Positions 38,781-53,482 are shown, counted from the stretch's first letter. The stretch is 64,000 nt of DNA from Octopus sinensis (GCF_006345805.1 NC_043005.1:81282001-81346000); one strand, 5' to 3'. Notes: generated by a model from the sequence alone, not told the origin. Program-made: numbers and translations.

Positions 38781-39918
38781 CTGCTTTGATTAATTATTGC
38801 GTGTTTAATACATAATGTATTATGAAAGAAAGCATTGAAGAAGACTTATTAAAATTATAACGCAGGAAAAGAAACGAAGAATTTAGTTTAAACCATGTGC
38901 AAATGCATCAGTAAAATATATTAAGTCGTATGACTGAGACGTGGTTGTCTAAATTTTCATATTAAATATATTGGATGAACACTAGTGGTTTATTCACAAA
39001 CTTCAGTCTAAGTGATACTGTACTATTTTCTTCAATAATTTTGCAGTTTATATTTCCACACGATAATCAGGATATTTTCTTTGAAAATTTCCTTGAGAAG
39101 TTTTTGTTTGATAATTTCATATGGAATAAGTTAGATTTCCAATCATAATATAGAATTATATTTTCTGTGCTGCAAGATAATGGTAACATTACCGTTTCAA
39201 ACGCACTATCAAGTTATATATTGAATTTAACGGTAATAAATTCCTCAGCGACTATATTAATAATTTTCTTATCAACAAAGTTTATGGTAACGTGCAGTCT
39301 TGTATTGACGACTTGGCCTATATCATAAACTAAAATGTGATAAATAAACCAATGGTATGATAAAAAATACGCAAGAAATAGCAGCTACATTTCCATTGAT
39401 CTGTATCCTAAAGTTTTAAAAACTACCAGCGACATATTTTACACTCTAGGCTTAGGTGAACTAACATCGTGATATACATTATGGGAATGTCTTTGATTAG
39501 TTCTGCGCCTCGTGTTAATTAATACACAGCAATTGCAAACAATGCTATTCTCTAAATATGACCTACCTTTGATGCTTGGTATGGGTTTGATTGGGAATTG
39601 AATGTTAAATCGAAATTTTATTTTACTTTCCACAATTCAAGTAAGAAAAATATTTCGATGGAAAGGAATATGTTTCGAAAGGAAACACCTAAACAAATTG
39701 ATATAATTGTGTATAACTGTATGTATGTTACAAGAACTGGACACTGGCCTGTATTGGGATAACAATGATGTCTAAAGGCTTATTCTTGCTTCCATAGAGG
39801 TTAGATCAATCACTTCGTACTAAATCCTAATGACAAAAAGGCAATAATAACATGAAACGATTTTCTCAAACATTTACAAAACTCCTGCATATAAACTTAC
39901 ACACACATAAGTATACAG

Positions 39919-39980
<62 letters not shown>

Positions 39981-40122
39981 TTGTGTATATGTGTATACAT
40001 GTATACACATATATGTATGCGTGTGTGTGTGTGAGAGAGAGAGAGTCAGTGAGTGTATTAGTGAGTATATATTCATAATTTGTATTAGGTGAAGCTGAAT
40101 AATGAAAACATGACCATTATCA

Positions 40123-40388
40123 CATACTGTATATGTTTTGTTAAATGCTTTTAACTGCGGTATTTCGTCTAAATGAGATACGTTTAGAGACGTATAGTAT
40201 TATAAAACGCGGCACACTTCAAAGCTACAGGAAGACAATGAACAGAAATCTAGGTGAAATGAGGGCGGCTTCGTTTCATCTAGCTTTGAAATGAACGGCG
40301 TTATTGTTAACAATATACGTATTAAAAAGGACCTCCCTTAGACAAAATACCGCAGTCATAAACGTTTAACGGCACACTTATTAAGTAT
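40123..40388. mobile_element. Foldback/MITE-like element with ~110-bp imperfect inverted arms
   Basis: GTTAAATGCTTTTAACTGCGGTATTTCGTCTAA...TTCAAAGCTA pairs with TAGCTTTGAA...TTAGACAAAATACCGCAGTCATAAACGTTTAAC. Confidence 0.7.
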
Positions 40389-40444
40389 ATGATATATGAA
40401 TATATATATATATATAAATATATGTATATATTCATACGTGTGTG

Positions 40445-40479
<35 letters not shown>

Positions 40480-40879
40480 TCCGTAGCTTACAAGAATATC
40501 TAGTACTCTCCCACTTCTTTCTATTTTTAGGACATATAATGCGTATTTTCTTTTATTCCATCTCTATAATAGAAATGAAGGGTAGTACACTAAAAATACT
40601 ACCTGATATTTTCGTGCACACTGCTTATAATTATAACAAATCTGTATATCACCTATATTGTATTTGTATTAATACTTAACATCCTACCCTATATTCCTTT
40701 ACCAGGAAAAATGCTTTTGCACATGAAACTACCATTCTAGTTATTAGACGTAATCATCTCAGTTCAAATCAAATTCTCCCTTCCCCAATAACCACCATCT
40801 TCTGCTTTACATGGTCTATCCCCGCTTTACTTCGAGTCTTAATTTTTATCAGGGGTAAGCTGCTCTCATATCTGTACTT

Positions 40880-41190
40880 GTTTGTTGTTGTTTGTTCCTT
40901 CAGGAGCCATGCCTGGCTCATAAGGTTCGGTTTCCTGGTTTCATTGGCATATAGGATCCCCCACCTGGACGGGACTCCGGTCCATCGCAGGTGAGCTGCA
41001 AGATGCAGGAGAAAAGAATGAGAGAAAGTTGCGGCGAAAGAGTCAGCAGAATTTCGCCATTACCTTCTGCCGGAGCCGCGTGGAGCTTAGATGTTTCTCT
41101 CATAAACACACACAGCACCCGGTTTGAGATTCGAAACCGCGATCCCGCGACTGAGTGTCGGCTGCTCTAACCAGTAGTCCATGTGTCTCC
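40880..41190 (-). mobile_element. tRNA-derived SINE (body B, tail T1), full length
   Basis: Reverse complement of 879-1180; TSD ATA(T/G)CTGTACTT at 40868-40879 / 41194-41205. Confidence 0.9.
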
Positions 41191-41913
41191 ATGATAGCTG
41201 TACTTAATTGCCTCCTATTCCTTTGTCTGAATTTCACTTCTAGCTATTCATCTCTCTAAAACGAATAACAGTAAAACAAACAAAATATAAATATATTATT
41301 ACCTATTCTTCATCTTTTGTTGTTGACAACGAACCACTTAATTGTCTCGCACTTGACCGACCACTAGCTAGGTTACTGGCCATAAATCTCATCTCACCCC
41401 CTCTCACTAAATTCCTAATACACTTCTACCTCTTTAATGGTTCTGCTCCGGCTGGTGAATAGAGACGTTGTCACTGCACGCATAGATTGTCCTATTGTTT
41501 TGAAATTATATAGACCATCTGTGGAATACGGTACTTCTACTATGATATTATATAAATGCATAAGAAACAGCTGTAATGGAATGACATTCATCCAACATCT
41601 CTTATTTTTTCTTTGCCAAATGGATTCACGATCTGTCGGACTTCCAAGAGTATACCAAACTCTGTGTAATCTACACAATGCTCAATTTGGGCCATCCCCT
41701 ATCGTTAAACGCTTGTAGCGGTGGATTTTCTCTCTGTGTGCACAGTTTAAATATCTCACTGGATTATTTCAGGACCCAGTATATTCATCTGAATAAAGGT
41801 GGTGCTTATTGGCTAAATCAATCCAACCTGGTGCATTCCATTTAAGTACCCGTCTCTCTCCAGTATGCTTTATATTGTTATATAAATACACACATGTGTG
41901 TGTTTGTGTGTGC

Positions 41914-41965
<52 letters not shown>

Positions 41966-42121
41966 GTAAATGTAATACGTGACAATTATTCGGTAGCCAA
42001 GATAAAACTCCGAGTTTCGGATGCCGAAGTGGAAATCCACGCCACCAGCTATCCGTCCATCGGAAAAACGCTGTATGTATGTATGTATGTATGTATGTAT
42101 GTATGTATGTATGTATGTATG

Positions 42122-42152
<31 letters not shown>

Positions 42153-42218
42153 CATGTTATAATTATAAACAGGGCTAATTGTTTGCCATTTCTCCACACA
42201 CTGTGAAATTGTTGAACA

Positions 42219-42261
42219 GCCTTAATCGATTTTCGAACCTTATCGAGATCTCATCAGAGGC
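42219..42261 (-). ncRNA. Canonical minimal type I hammerhead ribozyme motif
   Basis: Reverse complement GCCT-CTGATGA-GATCT CGATA AGGTTC-GAAA-ATCGAT-TA-AGGC: 4-bp stem I, intact core, stem II, palindromic AATCGATT stem III, UUA triplet. Confidence 0.75.
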
Positions 42262-42617
42262 ATCCATATCATTCTGACAGTCTCCAGATATATAGTAGTA
42301 TATTATTTCTTCTCATTAATAAAAAATTCCAGAAAGGCTCTCTTTAGACGCGTATTCTTTTGCATGATTCTGAGAAAAATACATTTCTCGCTTTTTAACC
42401 TGTTACGGTACAGGACATTATCGATGATGCAAGCTGTGATGAAGATATTTACTGCACTTCCACATATATTGTCTATTGTGATATTTCTATTTTAAAAGGA
42501 TAAGAGTTTGGCAATTTGCTTGTAATTTCTAAGTGGAGAGAAAACTGAAAAAGGTTTAAACAACCTTGCTGAAAACAGATTTTATTTCTCAATATTTTCC
42601 TCAATTACTAGCGATAA

Positions 42618-42860
42618 GTGGAGGGGTATGGTTTAGTGGTTAGGATGTTCGATTCATGATCGTAAAATTGTGGTTTCGATTCCTGGACCGAGCAGTGCGT
42701 TGTGTTCTTGAGCAAAACACTTAATTTCCCATTATTCCAGTTCTCTCAGCAGGCAAAAATGAATAAACTTATGGCAGAATGTCGTCCCGTCCAGGAATGT
42801 ATACATCATGGAAACTGGGAAAATGATGCTATAAGTATAAAGGACTCGGGAAGGAACTTT
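42618..42860 (+). mobile_element. SINE (CORE-like body C, tail T1), decayed
   Basis: TGGTTTAGTGG A-box, GTTTCGATTCC B-box, GTTCTTGAGCAAAACAC body, CGTCCCGTCCAGG..GGAAACTGGGAAA..CTCGGGAAGGAAC tail. Confidence 0.8.
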
Positions 42861-42970
42861 ACCCCCCTAGAAATATAGTAGGAAAGCATGTATTTTTTCT
42901 TCAATATATTTAGAAATTACGTTCTGGAAATATGGATTCACCCTATTAGAGAAAACAAATTAAAAAATTT

Positions 42971-43302
42971 CAGCGTGGAAGGTGTTTATAAGCCATTTAA
43001 GAAACACACAAAACCGTTAGATTCACTTCAACATTTAAATTTAATTTGTCAAAATATTTTCGTCGCTTTGAGACGCGACCTGTTCACTGACAAAGCTTCG
43101 TGCTGTATCACTGCTTTGTCATTGAACAGGTCGCGGTCTCAAGCGACGAAAATATTTTGACAAATTAAATTTTAATATTGAAGTAATACTAACGGTTTTG
43201 TGTGTTTCTTAAATGGCTTATAAACACCTTCCACGCTGTAATTGGTTTCGTTCCAGCACACGATCTCAGAGCAAGTCACTCGCTATGCAAGCACATCTCC
43301 GT
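42971..43302. mobile_element. Palindromic foldback element (arms 42971-43238)
   Basis: CAGCGTGGAAGGTGTTTATAAGCC...GACAAAGC, ~16-nt loop, then GCTTTGTC...GGCTTATAAACACCTTCCACGCTG; second partial copy at 43850-44072. Confidence 0.85.
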
Positions 43303-43509
43303 AATTAAATAATTTAATATCTTTATATCTACCGATGATAAAACCAAAGCTTACTCAAACCGAGTTCTCCTAAAATATCACAAAAACGGTTTGGTTTGAT
43401 CTCAAATGCTCTAACTGCTATGTACGCATGGAACTCTAATTCAGAAATTGATATTATTATTAAAGCATACATAAATTTGTCCGCTCTTTCCGTCCTTGTT
43501 TTTGTATAA

Positions 43510-43760
43510 ATCAGTGTTTTCTTCCAAGGAATCTAATGCTCATAGCTTAGTTTTTCCTTGGGGCCGGCCAGATTGGAGCAATCCCAAGAATAATCAGACG
43601 AAATTGCGAGGATGAGCTGGTGCTTGACTGAGGAAGGAAAACCTCGAATGACCCGAACTTGTTTTCTTTGTATCGTATATCTCGATGTTCTGTTGTACCT
43701 TTTTGTATCACCTAGCTGTCCGGATATTTTGCGTCCTTGTCCCATTTTGTATTATGTATA
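43510..43760 (+). mobile_element. Probable pLTR-type repeat with a degenerate hammerhead-like motif
   Basis: CTGAGGA-AGG AAAA CCT-C-GAA at ~43628-43648, followed by a T-rich tract ending in (TA)n like the other pLTR-type repeats here. Confidence 0.35.
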
Positions 43761-43779
43761 TATACATACAAAGACCGTA

Positions 43780-43849
<70 letters not shown>

Positions 43850-43855
<6 letters not shown>

Positions 43856-44072
43856 AAATCCGTTAGATTCTCTTCAACATTTAAATTTAATTTGCCAAAA
43901 TATTTTCGTCGCTTTGAGACCGTGACTTGCTCACAGAACAAATTCCGTGCTGCACGGAATCTAACGGTTTTGTGTGTTTTTAAATGGCTTATAACACTTT
44001 CGACGAAGCAATTGTTTCCCTTCGAGCACACGATCTCATGTCAGGTCACTTGCTAAGCAAGTACTTCTCCAT
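43850..44072. mobile_element. Second, internally deleted copy of the foldback element
   Basis: Left arm and distal right arm match 43005-43300; centre is TTCCGTGCTGCACGGAA. Confidence 0.8.
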
Positions 44073-44405
44073 TTCATATATATATATATAGCATGCTCCT
44101 AGTGAATCTCTTGCACAAAAATGTGCTTGTCATATGATCGTGTAATAAGTTAACAACCTTGACGGAAAGACACAATCTATCTGAAATGGTTAATGCAGGT
44201 GTTATAGAAAGAAGATAAATAAATGGAGTCAGACAAGTAGTTGTTTTGTTATCACTTTGTTATCGTTTTTGCTTAAATCTTTTGTTGTTATAATTATAAT
44301 AATTTATTCAGTAAATACATTAAAAAAAAATGGTTGAGTTAATGATCAAAACAAATTTCTTTTTTTTTGCGTATTTTTATATTTTACAAACAAATAAAAC
44401 ATAAG

Positions 44406-44446
<41 letters not shown>

Positions 44447-44725
44447 GTTATAATAATTATAATAATAGTTATGATTATAATAATTATCATAATAATGTCT
44501 TACATTGGCACAAGGCCACATATTTGTAGGGGCGGGATACAGTCGACTTTTCTCACCTTCAATAAAAAAAAATCAAATAGGTGATTCTTTTTATCAACTG
44601 TAGGGGGATGAGGGGACATATTTTACCACAGTAGGATATAAAACAGAACGTAAAACAACCGGAGACAACGGTTCATTTCATTTTGTCTCTGACTGTTCTA
44701 CTAATTCTACAAGCTTAACACATTT

Positions 44726-44764
<39 letters not shown>

Positions 44765-46289
44765 TGCCATGTTGATTGAAAAATAAATTAAAATTAATAT
44801 AACATTTACAAAGACAATTTTTTGCCAATATACACGAATTTCAACAAACTTCGGTTAATTAACAACCCCTCCTTTAAGAAAATTGTTGTAAAGCATGTTC
44901 AACAAGAGCTTCAAACAAAAAAAAAACGAATTAACATGGTATTTTAACATTAGAATCCAACGAAACACGCGATGATTTGTGTCAGCAAAAGTGTAATGCA
45001 AATTGAACAAACAGTGGAAGAAAATATTATGGCATGAAAGTCTATAGTTTCCGGTAGAAGCCAAAATCTGAGAAAAACATTATGTCATTTGATATTGTGT
45101 TAATATTTTATATTTTTCCGCTATAAAGAATTCTCCGGGAAGTTTGAGACATCGCTTACTTTTTCATGACATAACAATTATTCCCTTGTTTGAAGAGTTT
45201 GTAAAATTAAGGTAGCTAAAATGAGAATTTTTTTTTTTAAATGGTTCTGAGTAAAGAACTGAAATATGGTTGTTCTGCAACATAGACGGAATTGATGCAC
45301 CTATTATCTTTAGCTTTCATACGTACGAATCTCTTTCAGCCGGTTTTTAACCATTCAAAGATATTGACACGTAACAAATTATGCCAGAAATGCTACAGGA
45401 AAACCTAAATGAATTTGTTTAATTTGTTGGTTAATTATAAAGAAGAAAGAAAAGATACCGTTCAATGAACAACACACACACACACACGTATTTACTAACA
45501 TATATATATGTATATAACTGTATATATATATGTATATATATTAATATACATTTATATATACTTATGCATGCATATATACATACATATATGTGTATATATA
45601 TTTACACATTTTGTAAATTTGTATATGTATATATGTATATTACAGCTAAAGATAAAAAGTATAAATTTCTTTTTGAATATTAATCCTCGACATGTAAAGT
45701 AATAAGAATTCCCTATAAATTTAAACTAGGTGGAAATCGAACTACAAAATTAAAGTTACTACTCACCAAATATATTTGAAAGATAACGGAGAGCTTAGTT
45801 ATAAATTGACTAAATAAATACTTCCATTAAAATTTGTGGCCTCTAGTGATAACATGCCAGCTAAAACGTACTAAATCAAAGAGAAACTTCACAATTCTCA
45901 ACACCAGAAAACACTTGAATAATATGCAACTTGCATATTTAAGTATAGTAAACTCCTATGGTTTAAATGTTTATCCTGGCGAAGAAATGTAATAAAATTT
46001 TCAAAATCAAATAATGAGGAAATTTTGAAATTCAAAATTGATATACTTTATCACTTTTTATAGGTTTTCACTCCTGTTTCTTTAGACAATACACATCCAA
46101 ACGCACAAACATACAAGCATACACATGCAAACACATATGTATGCATATACATAGATATATATGCACATATATAAATTTATGTATTTGCATATGTGTATAT
46201 ATATATATGTAATATCTATATAAATATACATATATATGTATATCATTATTATTATCTATATCTGATAATACATACATATATATATATCT

Positions 46290-46330
<41 letters not shown>

Positions 46331-46660
46331 TTTGTGTGTGTATGTGCAGGTATGTACGTATGTATTTATTTATGTGATCAAAGCAACTTCTGGTATATCA
46401 ATTTTAGGGCTAGATATAACTAAAATATAATTCTATAAACTATTTAATTAAGCATTAGTGATTATTTCCGTGGGTTCTGATTGTTGCTAACATTTTCCTT
46501 GTGAAATAAATTTTATTAAAAGTTACCGATACAATATTTCCAAACATTTTGCCGATATTTTTGATTTTATGTTTATATACAATTTACATTTGTAATTATG
46601 TATTATCTTCTCATCAGGTTTGATAGTTTCAACTGAATACATACATATACATACATACAT

Positions 46661-46720
<60 letters not shown>

Positions 46721-48107
46721 ACATCTATTCGTATACACATCTATTCGTATACTCATATATATATATATATACACACGTCTATTCGTATACTTATATATAT
46801 ATATATATATATGTGCGTGTATATATATATACGTTTATAGGGTATATACTAATATATATATATGCATGCGTATATATACATGTGTGTGTATTCATATTTG
46901 TGTTTATGTAGACATATATACATATATGTATATACGCATATATACATATATATCTTTTAATGTGTTTGTGTCTCTGTGTGTGTTGCCTGCGTCCCTGTGT
47001 CTGTTTGTGTAAGGAAACCCTTCATAATCCAAAGTTTCTGACTCCCTGATGAAAACCAGTCTGACGAAACTTTGAAATCGCTGTTAAACTTTTCTGAATA
47101 AGATTTCGGAAATGTGTATCTTCGAAAAAGTGTTGAGTAATATTTCAGTTTACTGTTATGTTGATTTTATAAATAAGTTGACATACACAAACGTCGATAT
47201 AAGCCCAACGATTGCAAACACATACAAGTTCCCAGACAAGCTTTAAACATACATACATGCATACAACACTCATACGTATCTAAAATTTCATTATACACAT
47301 GAATATAAAATACGTTTATAGTTTAACTAAACGATTTGAAAATATTTATTTATAAAATGTGTATACACAATTTTGAAGCATTCTGTATGCGAATACATTA
47401 ACAGATTAGTATACTTATTATGTACAAGTATTAAATTTTAACCCCAGTTTCTTTCTTCCAACTGTGTAAAGCTTGCTTACTCTGAAAAATTACTGCCCAA
47501 ATGTCTTGGTAATGGAAACATGCAATTTCTCAGTAAGACCTCTTACGTACGAGTACATTCCAATCACAAAACATAACTACGATTATTGAAAGTAAAGCAT
47601 ATATTGGTAATAATATCCTAGTACTTTCGCTCCGTATTTGATAGCATAATTCTGATGCATTGTAAGTGATTTTTAAATTTTTATTGAGCACATTCTAGGT
47701 AGTTTCATTGAGCTCGTCTTGTGAATAAATACGCATTAATGTCATTAATATATTCGTGTTATGAATAAACTTATTTCGTATTTCATACTTTTTCTCCATT
47801 ATCCAATCTTAATTATTATATTTTTCCCTCTCAGTAAACTCTTTCACGGAAACATTTATTTCTGTTGTCAGAAATCTCTCTCTCTCCCTGACCGTGTGTT
47901 ACTCGTCTCATACATTTCTTAAATTCCTCCTATAAGAAGACTACCAGCCATCATTGTTTTTATATATTTTCGTCATTTAATGATAGGTTATTCATAACTG
48001 TTTGTCAGACATAGATATGCGCACATGGACAAACATATAGCAAGTATACGTATGTGTGTATATGTGTGTGTACGTGCGTGTGTGTGTATGTACATATATA
48101 TATATAT

Positions 48108-48150
<43 letters not shown>

Positions 48151-50163
48151 CTTATAGTGTGTTTGTGTCTCTGTGTGTAGGTATCTATAAAGCAAATTAT
48201 TTGAAGTTGTGTCATATTGATTCACCAGCTATGAAAATTCTGTTCCAAAAAAACATTGCGTAGTCTGACTCGAGTTAAGACATCCAAATGCATATAGATA
48301 AATAGATAGGTAGAATTTTTATATTAATACACGGATAGATAGATAGATAGATATGTATATAGAAAGATATAGAGATATTTGTGTTATTACTCTAAGTTAA
48401 GTGGGTGTAGACAACATAGATTATTGGGAGAGTGATTTCATTGCTTGCTAAATTTAATATCACTATCCATCTAGGTGGAACTATTATGACCGAGACAACC
48501 AAATCAACTCAGTTATGGTTCTGCGATACTAATATAATTTTTTATGTTTAGTAATATTTTCCTCAGATAAAATTTATGACATCATATGTTGTGCTAAAAA
48601 AAGGTACATGGTCAATACAAGATTTGCTTTAAATACGGTCATGAACGTAAAATAGCTGGAATGATCTGAAAACAATGCGATTCATATTTCTTATAGTTCT
48701 TCGAATTTCGAAACTTAATTACCAGAGTCTAATGAATTACTGTTCCATCGGGTTTCAAATAAGTACATATGTGAATAAATATGAATATATTGCATTCAAA
48801 TTATAGAATATCCTAACGCTGAAGAAGACACTGAATCGGATTTAAGTGCAATGCATTTCCCGGTGAAGGAAACAAGAACTGAATAATCGAATATCTTTTA
48901 CAGACCTACTGCATTTTAATTTTAAAATATGAAGAAAACTTTAAAGGCCATCTTAGATCACATATTTGTAGCAAGATATATTGTGGAATACTTGTTCTTT
49001 GTCGATTTTCAAATCACAAGACGTATAATTGAGCGAGATATTGGCACTGTTCAACTTCCACTTTAGTATGAAGTACATCATATGCGTGCAAAAGTACACT
49101 AGAAATATTAACATCGTTGAAGAACATATCTCGTCTGTGTCCAATATTAGGTAACCGAAAAACTTTTACTGGATTCATAAAGTGTAGTGCAGCATGCTAA
49201 TATATATTAAATTCTTCACTTTTGAGTTTTCTGTGTAAGTTTTAATATTTTCCATCAACTGTTTTACTACTTTCTTTCTTTCTTATAGCCTTGTCATTTT
49301 TAGAGTGATAAAAATAGTATAAGATATAAAATAGAAAAACTAAAGAAGATCTAGCTGTGCTCTAGATTCTACTCACCAGAAGACGTGCAAGTACACGACT
49401 AATGTTTTAGCATATTTATGAAATAATGAGAGCAATATGTGTAAAATTCAATTACCAACTAATATTGTTGTGCCGAAACAATTGTAATGATTTGGAATAA
49501 AGCCTATTCAATCCATCTTCTTGTATTATAATATACACTCACACACACATACAAACACACAAATGTAATTATTCCGTTTAATTGTAATTGTCACACGAAC
49601 AACACAAAAAGTATTTCACATTTAGGAAAAAACCCCAGAAAGTTTAGATTCACTTTTGCCTTGCCTTCAATGACAACGAAGAGCTTAATAGCAAATTTGA
49701 AATCGGCAGAAATTTTTCTCGATACATGTGAAATAATTATATATAACTTTAAACAATTTATATATGAATACTGACATCAAACGTATTTATAAATCTAGCA
49801 AAAATATGAAAATTCTCTAACGTAGAAGACAGAAAAAATGCTCTCCAGCGATATTATTTCTCGTTTACATGTGACTTACGGCTACAGATTTATATCATGT
49901 AATATACTTTACAGGTTATGTTATAAATTTAGGTATAAGTTTATGCGTACGATTATAATATAGCAGGGTACCATTACCGTATAGAGAGGAAAAAAAAACG
50001 TATTTTTATTTCAAGTTTCCAATATATACTAGCGAATAGAAAATGTTAATAAGTACGAAACCCACATAATCTCGTTGGTATAATAGGTATTATCATGTCT
50101 ACATGTCTTGCGTTATGTGTTTCAAGTAGTAGTGAAGAATTAAAGAGAATATGAGTATATACA

Positions 50164-50252
<89 letters not shown>

Positions 50253-51070
50253 CATAAATATAGAAATACACAGTTATAAATATAGTTATACACTGTTTCA
50301 GGCATAGATACATACATATATTCAAGCTTACATCTATTTTACTGTTGGAGTGTTTGAATGAAAGATGAATTGATTGATATTTTTCGAGTGATTATAATCG
50401 TTAAATGTTTTACAATAAAACAACAATTGATTTAATTCATAAAATTGCAAAGCCTTTTATCGTCCGAATGAGAATGTATTTCAACACAAAATCTACATAT
50501 AAAATCGACATGAAACATAAGAGATTCTTCGTTTTTTTTTCTAATACTTTCTCTCATATGGAAATGAAACATAGTTCATTAAGATGCCAAAAGAGATAAA
50601 AATAATAAATAAAGGCTGCAGCTTTAAGTAGAAAAGAGGAGTGAAAAAACTGAGTGTCTTGGCGCATGACAATAAATAAAAGAATAAACCCACAAAACAA
50701 CGTAGATAACCAAATATATGCACACTTACAACCATACATATATTGACGTATAAACAAACACACTTATATACAGCTATATATATACATAGATATATATGAA
50801 TATATATATCTACGTATGTATGTATGTATATATATTTATATATATATAATATATATTTATATATATATATATATATACATAATATCACAAATGTATAAAT
50901 ATATGCAATATAACTGTATGTTTATGCGAATATACACTTACGTGCATTTACACATACCTACATACATGCATACATACATGTATATGTACAGTTTATATAT
51001 ATATATATACATATTTATATGTATATATATTGCGTGTATATATATATATACATACACACATACATCTATA

Positions 51071-51119
<49 letters not shown>

Positions 51120-51859
51120 TATTTATATGTATATATATTGCGTGTATATATATATACACAGATATATTTATATGTATATATATTGCGTGTATATATATAT
51201 ACACAGATATATATATATGCATATATATGTACACGTTTTGATATCTCTGGCTGTCATAATTATAAAACGTTTAGGAATCCACGAATTAAATCTGTTTGGA
51301 AATCATTCTACATTTATTCCTTATTTTCAAATGTCATAAGAAACATTATCGTCTTTTCTTTTTGTTCTTCATATTACTGGCGACCTGTAATTGACGCTTT
51401 TATTTGTGAATCAATTCCAATCCTTGAATGATATATGAGAAAATGAAAATTGCTTTAATTTTTCTCCTTTTGATTTGAAATTATTTTTCGTTCCGCGTTC
51501 CTCTGTTTTGTGTTTTTGTCAAACTTGGACTTAAATATTTTTATCGCTCTTAAATATTTTTCATTGTTTTATATTTTCTTGGCGTATTTTTTTTCAAGTA
51601 TTTCCAATTATATGTATTGAAATCCTTTCAACAATGTTATATTATTATACATTCAAAATATTTGCCAGTGTTTTTCATCATTTATATCTAGAATTTCTTT
51701 AATAATTAAAGAAACTGATCTGTCTATGTATGGTAATTTTACTCTCTAAGTTGTTGCCTCTGTTATTTTTATTTCCAAGTTAGTAAGAAAAGCAAATATA
51801 ATAATAATAAAAATAATAATAATGATAATTATGAAAATAATAATAATTTTAATAATAAT

Positions 51860-52500
51860 TTCTACTACAGGCAGAAGGCCTGAAATGTTGGAGGGGGTCT
51901 GGGACTAGTCGGTTAGATTCAGTCCAGTAATCAAATGGTACTTATTTTATTGACCCCGAAAGTTTATTTCAGTGGAAATTGAACATAATAATAATAATAA
52001 TTTTCTACACTTGGAACAAAGCCTGAAACTTGGAGGAGCGGTATAGTTGATTACAGTGACACCCAGTACTCAACTGGTACTTATTCCATTGTTCCCATAC
52101 CAATTTTTCAGAAGAAAGCACAAGGCCTGAAAGTTTTGGAAGGGTGTACTCTATTACATCGGCGTCAGATCTTGAAAGGTACTTCATTTATCGATCCCGA
52201 ATTGATAAAAGACACAGTCGACAACAGCAGAATTTAAAATCAGAATATAGGGAGTCGACAATAATAATAATAATAATAATAATAATAGTTTCAAATATTG
52301 TCACAAGAGCAGCCATTTTGAAGTAGGGGATGAGTCGATGATATTGACCCCAGTATTTAACTGGTACTAAACTTTTCGATTTCGAAATGATGAAAAGCGA
52401 AGTAGAACACAGCATAATTTGAACTCAGAACGTAACGAGAGTTCAAATACCGCTAAGCATTTCGGCCGGCATGCTAACGATTCTACCAACTCATCACCTT
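51860..52500 (-). mobile_element. Cluster of ~4 family-M SINE fragments, mostly separated by (AAT)n
   Basis: Repeated AGGCCTGAAA..GG..GTCG.TTAC.TCGACCCCAGT..CTGGTACTT units, most preceded by (AAT)n; the last one extends to the head (GCTAACGATTCTACCAACTC). Confidence 0.75.
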
Positions 52501-52764
52501 GATAATAATAATAATAATAACATAATGGATTTGTTGAGGATAGCTGTAGAATCGAATTATAAGGAATAACAATAAAAACATGTTAAATATATGATACAGC
52601 TGAAACAAATTTTAAATATAAACTAAATTAATCCAATTTATTTAAAATTAACACTTGCTTAACTATCATTTCAAAAATAATTTAACAATAATGGACACGA
52701 GAAAAATTTTCAATGTATATTGCAATATAACATTTGGGTTGTAGTACTTCTCTGCTGTATATAT

Positions 52765-52819
<55 letters not shown>

Positions 52820-52825
<6 letters not shown>

Positions 52826-52859
52826 GCATAAGTCGATATATGTATATATATAGCATAAG

Positions 52860-52900
<41 letters not shown>

Positions 52901-53482
52901 TATATATGCATAAGTCGATATATGTATATATATGCATAAGTCGATATATGTATATAATATATGCATAAGTCGATATCTGTATATATATATATATGCATAA
53001 GTCGATATCTGTATATATATATATGCATAAGTCGATATCTGTATATATATATATGCATAAGTCGATATCTGTATATATATATATGCATAAGTCGATATAT
53101 GTATATATATATATGCATAAGTCGATATATGTATATATATATATGCATAAGTCGATATATGTATATATATATATGCATAAGTCGATATATGTATATATAT
53201 TATATATGCATCAGTCGATATATGCATAAGTCGATATATGTATATATATATATATGCATAAGTCGATATATGTATATATATATATGCATAAGTCGATATA
53301 TGTATATATATATATGCATAAGTCGATATATGTATATATATATATGCATAAGTCGATATATGTATATATATATATATGCATAAGTCGATATATGTATATA
53401 TATATATATATGCATAAGTCGATATATGTATATATATATATATGCATAAGTCGATATATGTATATATATATGCATAAGTCGA

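Noticed and set aside
47030-47075. Type III hammerhead (CAAAGTT..CTGATGA..GAAACTTTG)
   Set aside because: The core words and one helix are present, but stems I and II do not pair convincingly; at most a decayed remnant.
48990-49140. Possible mariner HTH-region fragment or exon
   Set aside because: Only scattered residues (GTVQ, ILT..K..RL) across frameshifts; too weak to call.
45760-49400. Minus-strand GTGAGT donor-like sites near 45767 and 49378
   Set aside because: No convincing upstream acceptor or open exon; such hexamers are expected by chance in 64 kb.
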